A program made the position numbers and the translations under genes. The notes beneath the pieces were generated by a model. It saw nothing but the letters and a program-made list of their open reading frames with translations, was not told where the DNA came from and did no database searches. This document shows, piece after piece, positions 38,859 through 51,739 of a stretch of DNA of 64,000 nucleotides. The DNA comes from Owenia fusiformis. Its lineage: Eukaryota. The stretch spans positions 32,922,001-32,986,000 of the forward strand of contig CAIIXF020000001.1 of assembly GCA_903813345.2 (NCBI GenBank). Direction: 5' to 3'. The stretch's first letter is position 1. Every line of letters starts with the position of its first letter.

Positions 38859-40865
38859 CATGGTGTTATAGCATGACGGTTACGTCAAGGCGATTTGCAA
38901 AATTTTGCAGTAACGATAACAAAAAAAAATGGTGGATGGGAAAGACAGCATGTCCTCTTTCTCACCTGTAGGCAAGATTCACAGATAAGATTTCCTTTTT
39001 AACTAGTTCCATTCGGTGACGTATATATGGATGGTTATAGAGACTGGGTTAAATCTGCCAGGTGGTTTACTAGAAGCGGAATATAAGCTGTAAACTTACC
39101 GACTGAGATGTCCAAGTTCATATTTTTTAGTCCATTCTCGTGATTTCTCAGTATATGTGCCTCAGAGCCACTCAAACTATTAACAGTAAGTAAACTGTGT
39201 ATAAACTAGATAACGGCAACTCCGTGGAGTAGCAAATCCCAACGAACAAAATATCAATTACCGAATTCCAATCAATTATACTCATTACTTAAGGTTAAAA
39301 TTGAAAAAAATAGATTTTAGAATTGCGAATTCCTGCAAAGCAGCCATTTTGAATTTTTGGAGTAAAAATCTGAAAAATAATACCATAATTGTGATCTACT
39401 CCAAAATTCCTTCAATTTGAGTATAATATAGCCATACTTTGAAGGGATCGAAAAATTATTGCGAGATCGTACATTAAACGGCCATTTTGAATTTTACGAG
39501 CCTCGAATCAATAAAAAGATACAATCTGCAATCTACTCTTAATTGCCTTTCATTTGAGTATAATAAAGCTATACTTCAGAAAGATCTAAAAATTATCGAA
39601 AATTTCTGTTTTCTTGTCCCCCCATACACAACCCCTGGGGGTTAGGATGAAAAACACAGAATATATGTGAAATAGATAAATGTTGTGAATATACTACCAA
39701 AATTTCAAACAATAATATTAATTACTTTGGTTTAGAATGAAAAATTTATGATTTTTGCGAAAAAGTCCCGTCATTTTTAAAGCGGCGGCCATCTTGCGTA
39801 AAACTATTCACCAATATACATCTTTCCACTAAATATGAAGAAAATCCATCAACTAGTATTTGAGTTATCTTCCCGACAGACGGACTGACTGACTGACTGA
39901 CGGACGGACGGACGGAGGGCTTCACTATATCCCTACCGAACTTCGTTCGTTGGGATAACAAGCCATAAAATGACAAATCCAGAACAGGAACGTGGTCATA
40001 TTGTAAATAATAAGATTTCAAACGCAATGTCGTTAGACGACTACATATGAATTCTATGGACGGTAACGTATTGTATTAGATGTACATTAGATATTTTGCA
40101 GACGGTTACGTGCATGTACATCTTTCAAGTTAAGGTTGCTAGATCTGATAGCCCCTTTCCATGTAATTGTTATAATGGGTAAGAAATGGAATATTGAATT
40201 GCTTATATTTGTTTTCAGGACTCGCAAGAGACGCTCTTGTTTGAGCCTCTATAGGGCAAGGAAAAAATTGTGTCTTGCTTTATTAATGAAACCAATTTAA
40301 GTCAAAAAGATAGCAATGAAGAGGCAAAAGAAGAATGAGCATCAAGTACTGATGAATACGACAAAATTAATAACAATGAATCCGGGATACATATTTGAAT
40401 GAAGTTCGCGTAACCGTCAATCAATTTAAAAATTAAATTAAAAATACAATATTATGGCTTAAGTAGAACATATTAGGTGGTTTCCAATGCTCAATTGGCT
40501 TTTTATGATCGTATGTAGGTTACATGTATATACCCCAAGGTCTTAAGGCAATGTAGTCCATGCCCTAACGACAAAAATAAACAAATTACTAAATTTTGTG
40601 TAGTTTTGAATTTCAAACTCAACAGTTTTTCGCTTATTTCATGTTATCCCCGGGTATCAATTTGCAAAGAATACGTTTAAAATATACATTACTAAATGCA
40701 TCACCGAATGCGATGCCTACAAAAATCGTTCATCCTTTCATTGATACACAGTAGAAGAAAATAATGCACCAACTTTAGTTTTCTGTTCCATTGCGGCCAT
40801 TTTATTGGATAAATCAGTGATCGTAGTCGTCTATCTCGTTGTAACCGTCATGCTATAACACCGTG
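38859..40865. mobile_element. CAY...GTG TIR element (Transib/Chapaev-like)
   Basis: 25-bp TIR CAYGGTGTTATAGCATGACGGTTAC; internal ACGGTTAC/GTAACCGT motifs; the TSD is degenerate. Confidence 0.65.
39204..39958 (-). mobile_element. Complete HINE family B (satellite type c)
   Basis: GCAACTCC-GT-GGAGTAGC hairpin, subTIRs ATCCCAACGAAC / GTTCGTTGGGAT, (GACT/GACG)n. Confidence 0.8.
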
Positions 40866-40936
40866 ATACAGGCCAGTGTTTTATATTGGGATTATATGTA
40901 CTTTACTTGTTGACATGAACGTAAATCATTACATGA

Positions 40937-42817
40937 CAGGGCTTGCATTAGGTTAGAAAATTTGTGAGTCCCAAGGACGCAATTTAAAACAAGAACACAA
41001 ATGTGTACAAAATGTCCCCACCAAGTGGTGATCCCGTGAAATGGTTATCCTGAAAATGAGTAGACAAGACTTTACCAACACAATTTGAGGACGGAAAATC
41101 CAAAGTGGCCACCTTAAAATTTACCCAGAATGCCAAAAATTTAGTCAGTTCTAGATTTTCATACTAAGAACCACCCCTGAAAATTTGAAATTGATCCGTC
41201 ACACAGTTAACCAGAAAACATGTAAACAAGACTTTACAGACAAGATTTCAGGATGGAAAATCCAAAATGGCTGCCTTGACATTTACCCAGAATGTCAAAA
41301 AAATAATCTGTTTGAAGATTTTCATACTAAGAATCATCCCTGAAAATATGAAATTGATCTACCAAACGGTTCACCTGAAAACGGGTAGACAAGACTTTAC
41401 AGACAAGATTTTAGGACAGAAAATCCAAAATGGCTGCCTTAACATTTACGCAGAATGCAAAAAAAGTAATCAGATGTAGATTTTCATACAAAGAATCATC
41501 CCTGAAAATTTGAAATTGATCTATCAAACCGTTCTCCTAAAAACGCGTAGACAAGACTTTACAGGCAAGATTTTAAGACGGAAAATCCAAAATGGCTGCC
41601 TTGACATTTACCCAGAATGCAAAAAAACTAATGAGATCTAGATTTTTATACTAAGAATCATCCCTGAAAATTTGAAATTGATCCACCAAACGGTTCACCT
41701 GAAAACGCGCAGACAAGACTTCACAGACAAGATTTTAGGACCGAAAAATCCAAAATGGCCGACAATAAAAAAGTCCTTATGAGTTTTTGCTGATTTCTTT
41801 TTACAAAATTATCACATATAACTACTGTTAACAATAAAGTAGGCTTTTACAGCAAAGTACATCTGAAATTATTTATAAAGCTACTAAATAGTTAAAGTAT
41901 GAAAACTCAAAAACACCATTCAATATGATACAAAGTATTATCGCGCGCTAACTTTTCTTAAGACATTCAAAATGGCTGACATGACTGAGCTAGCAGGTCC
42001 AAAACCTAATCAGATCTAGAATGAAGTGAGCTGAACAAGATGTTAAAGTTTTAAAAGCAACTGTGAAGCAGTTTTTCTTAAAGTTTGCAGACAAGGATTT
42101 TAGCATTTGACTTCAAAATGGCCGACAGGAAGTAGGTATCGAGTTAATTTTTTTTCATCCACATCTGTATGCACTCATAAGTTATCCCTGAAAATTTGAA
42201 GGTGATATCTGTAGCGGTTTTGGAGAAAACTGCCGGACGTACGGACAGACAGACGGACAGACGGACAGACAGACGGACGCGCCTAGGCCGACAATATGGC
42301 CCCACACTATGTGGTGGGGACATAAAAAAAAGTGTGTCCACTATTTCCCATTCGGGAATGTATGTTCTAACCTTACTTGTCATATTTTCAGTTTTTGATT
42401 TCTTGCCGCAAATTTAAAACGGAAGTAAACGTTTAGTACGGACTGAATAAATGCATGTTCGTTCATTCGACAATGAATACATTTTCTTTCATGAATAACC
42501 TAATATTTGTTTCTGAATAGGAAAAACTGTGGCGTGTCATGGTTTCATATCTAAAAATAAACAAAGTCGAAAAAATTCGAGAGAATCATGATTATTTGTA
42601 AATATTCAACATGTTGAGCCTTATTTACGATTCAAATAAAGGTGAAAGATCATAAATTAATTATTTGTTTTTGTTAGGTATCGTTGTAAACACATTGTAG
42701 TATTCACCTAAAAAAAATTTGCGTCCAAAAAACGGAAATATTTTCAATTTTTGCGTCCTCCAAATTATTTTTGAGTCCTTACATGTACGGGACGGCGTTA
42801 ATGCAATACAAGCCCTG
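40937..42817. mobile_element. CAGGG-ended element with 5-bp TSD CATGA (hAT5-like), hosting a HINE
   Basis: CATGA|CAGGGCTTGCATT...AATACAAGCCCTG|CATGA; TTTGCGTCC subterminal motifs. Confidence 0.75.
40990..42323 (-). mobile_element. HINE family C, copy 2
   Basis: Near-identical to 35704-37191 but one ~162-bp unit shorter and with 8 nt more microsatellite. Confidence 0.85.
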
Positions 42818-43321
42818 CATGAAATCTGCAGTCTTCCGGGTTTTATTTGGGTTTATATGGTCTCATTGGGGCTTTTTGACTTTGAAACAAACCTTACCTA
42901 AATGGATTTGTGTCTCGGGAACATTTTTGTAAATAGTTCTTAAAAACAATTCTGAAAGAATATCACATATTTTTGTCTTCCCTATTTCAGTCATGAATTA
43001 CGTCAATTTCGGGTGCAAACATTGGGTAGACGTTGTCATTACCGGATGCCCAAATGTGTCAGGAACACATAGATTGTCGAATGATGTTGATTGGACATCA
43101 GGGTGCAGAGAAGGGTGAAGAGTGGCTTCAAGAAAAAATAAGCAGCATTATAGACCACCTTAAGCAATACAATTACCATAGCATAGGTCAACAATAAATA
43201 TGTTCATGTTTATATAAATGTATACAATACATGAAGACATATAATATTTACACTATTTTTATTGAACTCAAAAATATTTCTAAGCAGAGACATGAAATTT
43301 CAAATTCTCAAGTGAACTTAC

Positions 43322-43441
43322 TTTGAATCTTTCTTCTCATCCATGGCACCATCAGAAATCGAACCAGTAAGCAACATATTATGCCCATCCCAAATGACAG
43401 TATAAACACACCCCATAGTGGAATTCGATCAAAACCAAGCA
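43322..43441 (-). CDS. SLC20A: SLC20 exon (LGFDRIPLWGVFILSFGMGIICCLLVRFLMVPWMRRKIQ)
   Basis: TTTTTCAG/GTAAG boundaries, 120 nt; TM helix preceding the large loop. Confidence 0.93.
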
Positions 43442-43699
43442 CTGAAAAACAAGAATACAATTTATATATACAAAAACACCAGTTAATCCAAACAGCCATA
43501 CCTGGCTGTGAGTTCTTCCAGTGCAATCTAAAGCCTTTTGTCCATTGTAGTTTCATTTGGAGATACGACCTTGAATTCTACTTGTAATATGATATATGAT
43601 GTCATAATAACTAGAACATGTATGTTTTCTGACCATGAAGACAGGTTAATTCTTAAGATCCATTCATTATCTCAAAGAATATTTCTTTAATACAATAAT

Positions 43700-44994
43700 A
43701 ACCAGAACAACGGCAACGCCAAAGCGTAGCGAATCCCATCGAACAGAAATAGTTGGCATTTTTACAAACGAAATATATAACAAATATCATAAAATAACAC
43801 ACATAAGAAAGGCCACCATTTTCAAAATGGTTGCTCACTAACCAAGTTGTCATCAGAAGAAGTAATATGCGTTTAAGTAGCTACATATAAAAAAATTTAA
43901 AATCGCACACACGTACATGTAAATGGTGGCCATTTTTAAATGGCCGCCTACTACCCAAAATGTCATAAGACAGTATGCAATCCTTATGAGTATTCACATA
44001 TCAAATATGAACAAAATCGGTCTATTACTTTGAGTTATAATAAAAAATGTAAAATAACACACATAAAAATGGTGACCATTTTTCAAAATGGCCGACTACT
44101 CCCCAAAGTTTTATTAGAAAATGTGCCATGCTTAAAGTATTCACAAATCAATTATGAACAAAATCGCTCCAATACTTTTCGAGTTATAGTAAAAACTGAC
44201 AGCCATTTTTTAAAATGGCCGCCTACTACCCAAAGTGTCATTAGACAGTGTGCCATGCTTATAGTATTCACATATAAAATATGAACAAAATCGCTCTACT
44301 ACTTTTTGAGTAAAAAGTGTAAAATAGCACACGTAAAAATGGCGGCCATTTTTCAAAATGGCCGCCTGCTACCCAAAATGTCATTAGACATTGTGCCATG
44401 CTTAAAGTATTCACATACCAAATATGAACAAAATCGGTCCACTACTTTTTGAGTTACAGTAAAAAATGTTAAATAACACACGTAAAAATGATGGCCATTT
44501 TTCAAAATGGCCGCATACTACCCAAAATTTTATTAGACACTGTGTCATGCTTAAAGTATTCACATACCAAATATGAACAAAATCGCTCTACTACTTTTCC
44601 AGTTATAGCAAATATTGTAAAATGACGTGCAAAGGCAGCCATTTTTCAAGATGGCTGCCATGTATTTCTTCTATATTTGCATTTCTAGCTTAATCAATGT
44701 TCTATATAACTTTTTTACATTTAAAACATATTGCTATTACAGTTTTATATGCAGAACCTAAATTACTGTAAAATCAGCACTAAAATGGCCGCCATTTTTA
44801 AATGAGCAGCCATTTTGTAAATCGGTTTTCGAGCAGAACTTCTACACCCTTTGGGTATATGTTTACAAAATATGAACAAAATCAGGCCAACGGTATTTGA
44901 GTTATTGCCCGGGCGGACAGACGGATGGACGGACGTACGTACGGACGGACGGAGGTGTTCCCTATATCCCTCCGAACTTCGTTCGATTGGATAA
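43700..44994 (-). mobile_element. Complete HINE family B (satellite type a, about five units)
   Basis: Same termini as 30071-30894; (GGAC)n at ~44910-44955. Confidence 0.85.
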
Positions 44995-45581
44995 TTATTT
45001 GACTTGGAGATATTTAGCTAGCAATCAAGCCATCAATATATTTTTTCAAACTTGTTGACCTCATTTTCACCAAAATTGCAATCATTTTTTACAATGTTTA
45101 ATGCATTACTATTCTTCATTTTGATATATCAAATAAGTCTTGAAAGGAAAACTAAATGCCCCTAAGATCAGTGTTCCCAATGTTATTTCCCCATTGAAAA
45201 AACCTACCTAAGACTGAATAACTTTAACAATAGCAAACCTCCTGAACGTTGTTCGATTTTGATTACATTAAATAGTATTAGAGACAGAACAATTAATCAG
45301 TGAGAAAGGACATTTCAGAGAGAAGTAGTTCACGAAGAAACCTTACACATGCTATGAATCAAGTCCTATTTGGAATGTCATGGTTACATGCATGATACCT
45401 TATAAGGTCACTCCTTATCACTCATGCTCTTTTATGAAGGTTTCATGGTTAACAAATGTGAACTGGTGAATAGATTAATTTCAATATGTAATAAATTGAT
45501 TATAAAAGATGATATTTGTAGTATATTAGATTACATTATATATTCAGATATGAATTTAGAATGTTAGTAAAAGTAACTTAC

Positions 45582-45678
45582 AATTAGAACCTTCATAGAA
45601 GACACTAAACAAGTTTATCACTAAGGTAACACCATAAAATATTGGAAGAAATCGCAGACCTATCTCCAGTTGATTCTC
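45582..45678 (-). CDS. SLC20A: SLC20 exon (ENQLEIGLRFLPIFYGVTLVINLFSVFYEGSN)
   Basis: TTTTTAG/GTAAG boundaries, 97 nt; GLRxLPxFY...INxFS motif. Confidence 0.95.
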
Positions 45679-45900
45679 CTAAAAAGCAAAAAAGTACTAA
45701 ATTGTAGAAAATGAATTGGCAGAAATTATTGAAAAATATAATTCATAGAGACAAGATACCCTCGTATTTCTAGCTCTCTCAAAATAGCATTACTGATTAA
45801 CTATATATATAACCTAATGATTCTTTCAATATGAGTGGAGTAAGTGGTAATTTGCTTATCAGAGCTATATGGAGAGGCTTCATAAGATTTATCTATTTAC

Positions 45901-45986
45901 CTTGGTTAGTATGAAATATTTCACAACAAAGAACAGTCCAGTAGAGACAGCCCCAGATGTGATAGGTGATATAAACCATGATCCAA
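45901..45986 (-). CDS. SLC20A: SLC20 exon (GSWFISPITSGAVSTGLFFVVKYFILTK), the most 5' exon found in the window
   Basis: TTTGCAG/GTAAAT boundaries, 86 nt; SWFxSP motif. Confidence 0.95.
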
Positions 45987-47747
45987 CTGCAAATACAAAG
46001 TAACAAAACATTCAATATCAAACTATAATGGAAGACAATAATAAACAAGGCATTAAAATGCAAAATGTCACCACCTGTCTTTTGTTACAGACTCCAAACA
46101 CAAACCGGCGAACAGCAACAACCATTGCACAAAAAAGTTGGCGACTATAACAATATAACACTTCTGGTGGTAACATAAAAAATACAAGATAGGTTGTTTC
46201 ATTATTATTACAACACCAACATGAGTGATTAAGGTATTTAGTTTACCTTAATTAATAAAGTTAAGAAATATTTTTATTTCACATACACATACTCACTGTA
46301 CTAACGTCATTGTAGGTTAACTGTCAGATAATAAAAAACGACAATTAGCGTTTCAATAGCCTATATATATATGAGCAAATCTTTCAATATGTTTAATTCC
46401 TAGTACCCCTATTTACAGTATTTTGTTTGATTTACAGTCATGATATGGGATTATCATATCTCTTATATACATAATAATTCATAAAATATGTATAACTATA
46501 TATTGCAAAAATTGATCTGTTTCGTGTTCATGTTTATTCAGTTAGAATTTAGTTTTTCTGATATTGATGAAGGTGGCTGTAGCAAGGCCTAAAATTACTT
46601 TACATAAAAGTGTGTATTCTTTGTATTAAAATCTTCCTAACATCATTCTGCTTCATATTCAAGCATAAAAATTGGATGTCATCGACTTTGTTTTTTACTT
46701 AAAGCTAGAAAACAATTTGATCCCCCATATATATTTTTCTACACATGCTAGTTTACTAACTAGAGTTAATTTAAAGAAAATAAAAATTATAGGTCACCAA
46801 CTTCGTTAATTTATGAAGTTCCTCGAAAGAATGACATTTTAGTCTATGGGACAACTCTTTGAGATCAAAGAATGATACTAATCGAACTGCAACTTAAAAA
46901 TATCTAGTAGAAAAGCTAATGAGTACAGCAGTTGTCCACATACAGCAGATGTATACTGCTTGTAAGGGCGTACTTTTACCAATGTTGTTAGTGATAGATG
47001 TTACATCTTATCATACTATACTCATGTATAGAGGTCGGCTTAGATCTCCAAACCTTCAGCTAAAATGCCACTGCAATCTTTCATCTAAATATAGATAGTT
47101 AATAGAGACTGATACCAACTAGTGAGATCAGTACATACTTCCTTTAATGATGAGCCCTCTACTCACTAATCAGTTTACCCTACCTATCAGATGTAGAGGC
47201 AGGCGGGAGGCTAGGCTAATAAATTATCATTTTTATAGCACTTACACATAGAATTGGTCTCAACATAAGATTTCACAAGTTACATGTTTTGTTTGAGCCA
47301 GGAGATCTTGGCAATTTCTGTTCCATACTACATGAACTGTTAGAGTATGGTGCATTTTAATCTCAGGCAGAAATTCAATGTAGCAAAAAACATATTATAT
47401 ACCATTGGAAGTTCTAGTGATACAATTTAAATAATTTCTAAATCAAATGTAACAAGAAATTGGCAACTCTAGGGAGTAGCAAATCACAACAACCAAAATA
47501 TTCATGAATCTATGAGGCCGATCAGAGAGTAAGTAACCAACTGCTCTTATTTTTTCCATACTTTATTCAATCACATTGAAATTTTCACAGATGTAGAAAA
47601 TATTGATCTATTAAAAAAGACCAAAGACGTTAGTGGGTTAGTGGCAATTCCATTGTTATGGCTGTTGCTATGGTGACGATTATTTTTGGGAGGCGGGGCA
47701 CCCTTTTGTAACAAGTTTGAGATAATTTGTAGATTTGTAATTTGTAA

Positions 47748-48415
47748 AGGAGCACGTAGGTTATCGCAAACAATTTCAAACGATTCTAACTTGAATTATG
47801 AATATTTTCTGATCATGAACATGGGTGTATCTTTTAGATCCATTCATCATCTTCAAGAAAAGTATATATAATGATAATTTAGTTAATCAGACCTAAGTGA
47901 TATTGAAGGGGCAATGGACCAATCAACATACTTTTTCAAAAATGTCGACCTAATTTCCACCAAAAATGCAACCTATTATTATATTGTTGAATGCATAATT
48001 AGAATGTGCTTTGAGACATGTTCAATTTCCTAAAAGGAAAATTCGATTGCTCATTCAATTTTGATGACCAAAATGAACTGAAACCAATGGATAGTATGAG
48101 ATTTTTCAATGGAGAAATAACATGGGGAACACTTATCTTTCAAGAACTATTTGATACATCAAAATAAAGAATAGTAATGCATTAAACATTGTAAAAAAAA
48201 TGATTGCATTTTTGGTGAAAATGGGTCAACATCTTTGTTGATGGGTTAATTGCAAGTTGAATATCTCCGAGTTTGTTTGAATTTATTATTACTGTGCATA
48301 ATTTTCTTTGAGATAATGAATTGATCTAAAAGATAAACTTGTCTTCGTTGTCAGAAAATAGTCATAATCCGAGATATAACCTTCTGAAATTGTTTGCGAT
48401 AACCCACGTGCTCCT
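47748..48415. mobile_element. Kolobok-like palindromic element
   Basis: AGGAGCACGTAGGTTATCGCAAACAATTTCA / TGAAATTGTTTGCGATAACCCACGTGCTCCT; arms of at least 120 bp. Confidence 0.7.
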
Positions 48416-48475
48416 TTCTGTTTTCCCAGCCCCCCCCCTACACAGCCCCTGGGTGTCAGGGTGAAACACCAAATA

Positions 48476-49265
48476 TAGGGTGTCTCAAAAAATGTACCCA
48501 AAAGTTTATCAACAGCATAGACAAACGGCATAGACATAAATAAACAAAATCAATATTTTCAGACATTTTTTGCATGGGCTTAAGTCAAAACATGTAAGTT
48601 TTTTCCCCCATACACAGTTTTTAATTCAGTTTTGCCTTTCTGATATTTTAACCCTTTTCCTTTCACACCACATAATCAATGTAATCTCATATTTCGATGA
48701 CAGTCTCCATCCTTACTACTACATTGGGATTCTAGTGTAGCCTTTGTTGTATGTAGAGGGGGGGCTCAATCAATTTGAGACCACTGTGCTTTCATTTGGA
48801 TATCATTTAGTCTCCAGGCTAACCTCAGTAACTCTGGAAGGTAACTCCCGAATCATTTGCCGATAATTGACCTGATTCTCTGTGTTTGTTCTGCCATCGT
48901 CATCCTCAAACATCTTTCTCTGTGGCTATTTGAAGGAGTGTTTTAATGCTCATTCCAAGCAAAAAGACCTAGAACAACTTAAAGGCAAAATCCAAAGAGA
49001 AAGCCAAAACATTCCATCGAATTATTATCAAATGTGATGAACAATGTAGCAGTAAGTTTAAGGCAGTCATCGAAATATGAGGTTACATTGATTGTGTGGT
49101 GTAAAAGGTAAATGGTTAAAGCATCAAAAAGGCAAGACAGAGATAAAAATGGTGTATTGGGGAGAAAACTTTCATGTTTTGGCTACATGACCATCCAAAA
49201 AATGTCTGAAAATATTGATTGGTTTATCTGTGCTGTTGACATACTTTTGGGTACATTTTTTGAGA
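48476..49265 (+). mobile_element. Internally deleted mariner-type element with transposase remnant
   Basis: ~80-bp TIRs (TCTCAAAAAATGTACCCAAAAGT...); FLCGYLKECF...DLEQLKGKIQRESQNIP at ~48915-49017 resembles the mariner C-terminus. Confidence 0.75.
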
Positions 49266-51037
49266 AATATGTGAAATAGATAGATGTTGTGGATATACTA
49301 CAAAAATTTCAAACAATAATATTTATCATTTTCCACCAAATATGAAAGAAATCCATCCACAAGTATTCCAGTCGGGTTTTGTGTATTGATATTTAACAAA
49401 ATAACATAAAACAGGAATTTTATAATTTGAACAAAATCTGTCTACTGGTATTTGAGTTATCCATCTTAAACTATCTTTTGAATGAAGCTCTTTTGTCCCT
49501 AGGCATCAGCATATAAAATTTAAACCAAAATGTGTGTACATTTTTTATGAGTTTACTGAGTGATCGCCCAGACAAATTGACTAGTCACCCAGTCCTGAAA
49601 CCCAGTACTTGAATACTGTCCAATAAAATCATTATTTGAAGTAAGATACCATGTTGAAATGGACCATGGCCATACCATGGTATACCATGGTATGGCCATG
49701 GTATACCATGGTATATGGCCATGAAATGCAATGAAATACCATGGTATTACCATGGCCGATCATGATCGTTAAATGGCACCATTACATTTCATGGTTAACA
49801 GCGTGTTTTTAAAAAATACTGCCGTTTCACAGTATTTCGTGGTCAGAAACCATCAAATGCAATGATATCATGGTCAAGTTCTCGACCATGATATCATTGC
49901 ATTTGATGGTTTCTTGACCATGGTATCATTGCATTTGATGGTATACCATGGTCATTTAACATGTAATTTTGTATCTAAAAAATACCACCGTTTCACAGTA
50001 TTTCATGGTCAAATACCATCAAATGCAGTGATATCATGGTCTAGACATTCAACCATGATATGCAGTCTAGCCATTTAATTACCATGGTCACTATACTTAA
50101 AATTTTGCATTTAAAAATACTGTTATTTTGCAGTATTTCATGGATGCAAACCATCAAATGCAATGAAGTACAGTCAAGATGTTTAATCGAAGACTGGAAG
50201 TTGGACTTACAAAATATTAAGTTTATCTCCTATTTTACTGACAAAAGTCAAATAAAAGTAAAGCATATTTATTTACCAAAAAAATTTTGTTTCTAGGGTT
50301 ATTAACTTAATTGTTCATCATAGAAATTAATTTATTAAATAAATGAACAAAAGTATATAAGGTTGTGGTTTTGATGAATATCAGAATCACTAATTATAAT
50401 AATTTGGTTATCTAATTAACATTTATTAATTAATCTATTTTTGAACATGGTCTTTCATTACATTTCACTGCATTGCAAGAAAGACCATTGCATTTCATTG
50501 CATATCATGATCAATCATTGTATTTCATTGCATTTCATGGTTAAACATGGTATTTCATTGCACTTCATGATCACCCTTATAAAAATTCCGACCTTGAAAT
50601 TCCGAAAACAAATGGTTACAAACCATTGCACAACCATTGTTCCAACCATCGCTGTAATGATTGCCAACCATTGGGATACAACCATTGCAATTGTGGTTGC
50701 AAATCATTGAAAGTGTTTCAATGATTTGTAACCATTACAAATGGTTGGCAGGTTTGAATGATTTTCTTGCAACCATTGCAACTAAATGCAACCATTTTCA
50801 CTTTGAGAAAAATCCATAATTGTGAAGGACTAGATTTAATGTAAAAGTCAGTATTTTAAGTTGCACCTAATAAATGATAAACAATAACCATGCCTGTTTA
50901 AATTGCATTGGCATGTATACGATCATCCAAGACTGACATCCTTGGATTTTTAACATCTCGCAATTGCAATGACATGTCAAAAACAATTATTAGTACCAAC
51001 AAAAAGTTCCAAAAAGCAAGCCCAGTATTCTGATTAA

Positions 51038-51360
51038 GAACCCCTATTCTAACTACTGAAAATGGATTCTAGTAATACTCACCAACATGAAACTCAATCA
51101 ACTTGAGTTCTTCAGAGAAAACAGAGAATTTCAGCAAGGGTACATTGACTTTAACATGGTGACATACATGCAGGATATATGATGGTATCCCAATGCTAAG
51201 TCATTAACCAATGAAGTATGTCCCCATATAAATCAATGTACCCTTGCTAAAATCCTCATTTTCTCAGAAGAACTCAAGTTGATCGAGTCTTAAAAAAAGA
51301 TCTGTGTAGGTGTTGGTGAGTATTACTAGAATCCATTTTCAATAGTAAGAATAGGGGTTC
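51038..51360. mobile_element. TTAA-flanked palindromic MITE inside an older palindrome (~50990-51415)
   Basis: TTAA|GAACCCCTATTCT...AGAATAGGGGTTC|TTAA; ~110-bp arms. Confidence 0.75.
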
Positions 51361-51739
51361 TTAAACAGGACATTAAAGCTTAACTATGGCCTTTTTGAAT
51401 TTTTTGTTTAGTACACTATGAGATACTGTTTTTGTCTTAAACACTGACTAAGGTTTTCAAAATGATTTTGAAAATAAAATTTGTCAAAGCGCGAGTACAC
51501 TAGTTAATGCCATTTCCTGACACTTCATGTTAAAATTAAAAAACAGTTCAACATTAATATTAGCTACAGCAACAAAAAGACTACATGAAGATGCATGTAG
51601 AAATAATCTTGATTTACTTCATTAAATAATCAAAATTTAATCAAAGTGATATCATATTTGAAGTCTACATGTAAAATTGCATCTAAAAATGTGGTTTAAA
51701 AAAGTATTTATCAACTTTGAAAAAATAATTTTCTTTGAA

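Larger units (their letters stand above)
38483..43140. mobile_element. Old foldback element with ~270-bp diverged arms, enclosing nested insertions
   Basis: ~38483-38750 is the reverse complement of ~42880-43140 (e.g. TCTATGTGTTCCTGACAC / GTGTCAGGAACACATAGA). Confidence 0.75.
47451..49540 (-). mobile_element. Old HINE family B copy with nested insertions
   Basis: GCAACTCT-AG-GGAGTAGC hairpin; 48440-48475 plus 49266-49325 rejoin to match 39625-39720. Confidence 0.6.

Noticed and set aside
39100..39176. Exon-like segment on - (AG...GTAAG, LSGSEAHILRNHENGLKNMNLDISV)
   Set aside because: Its phase 2 start is incompatible with the phase 1 donor at 43322, which joins 38081 directly in frame. It also lies inside the 38859-40865 transposon.
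47161..47220. Candidate upstream SLC20 exon ending GKLI before a GTGAGT donor
   Set aside because: In-frame TAG immediately upstream and no PiT similarity.
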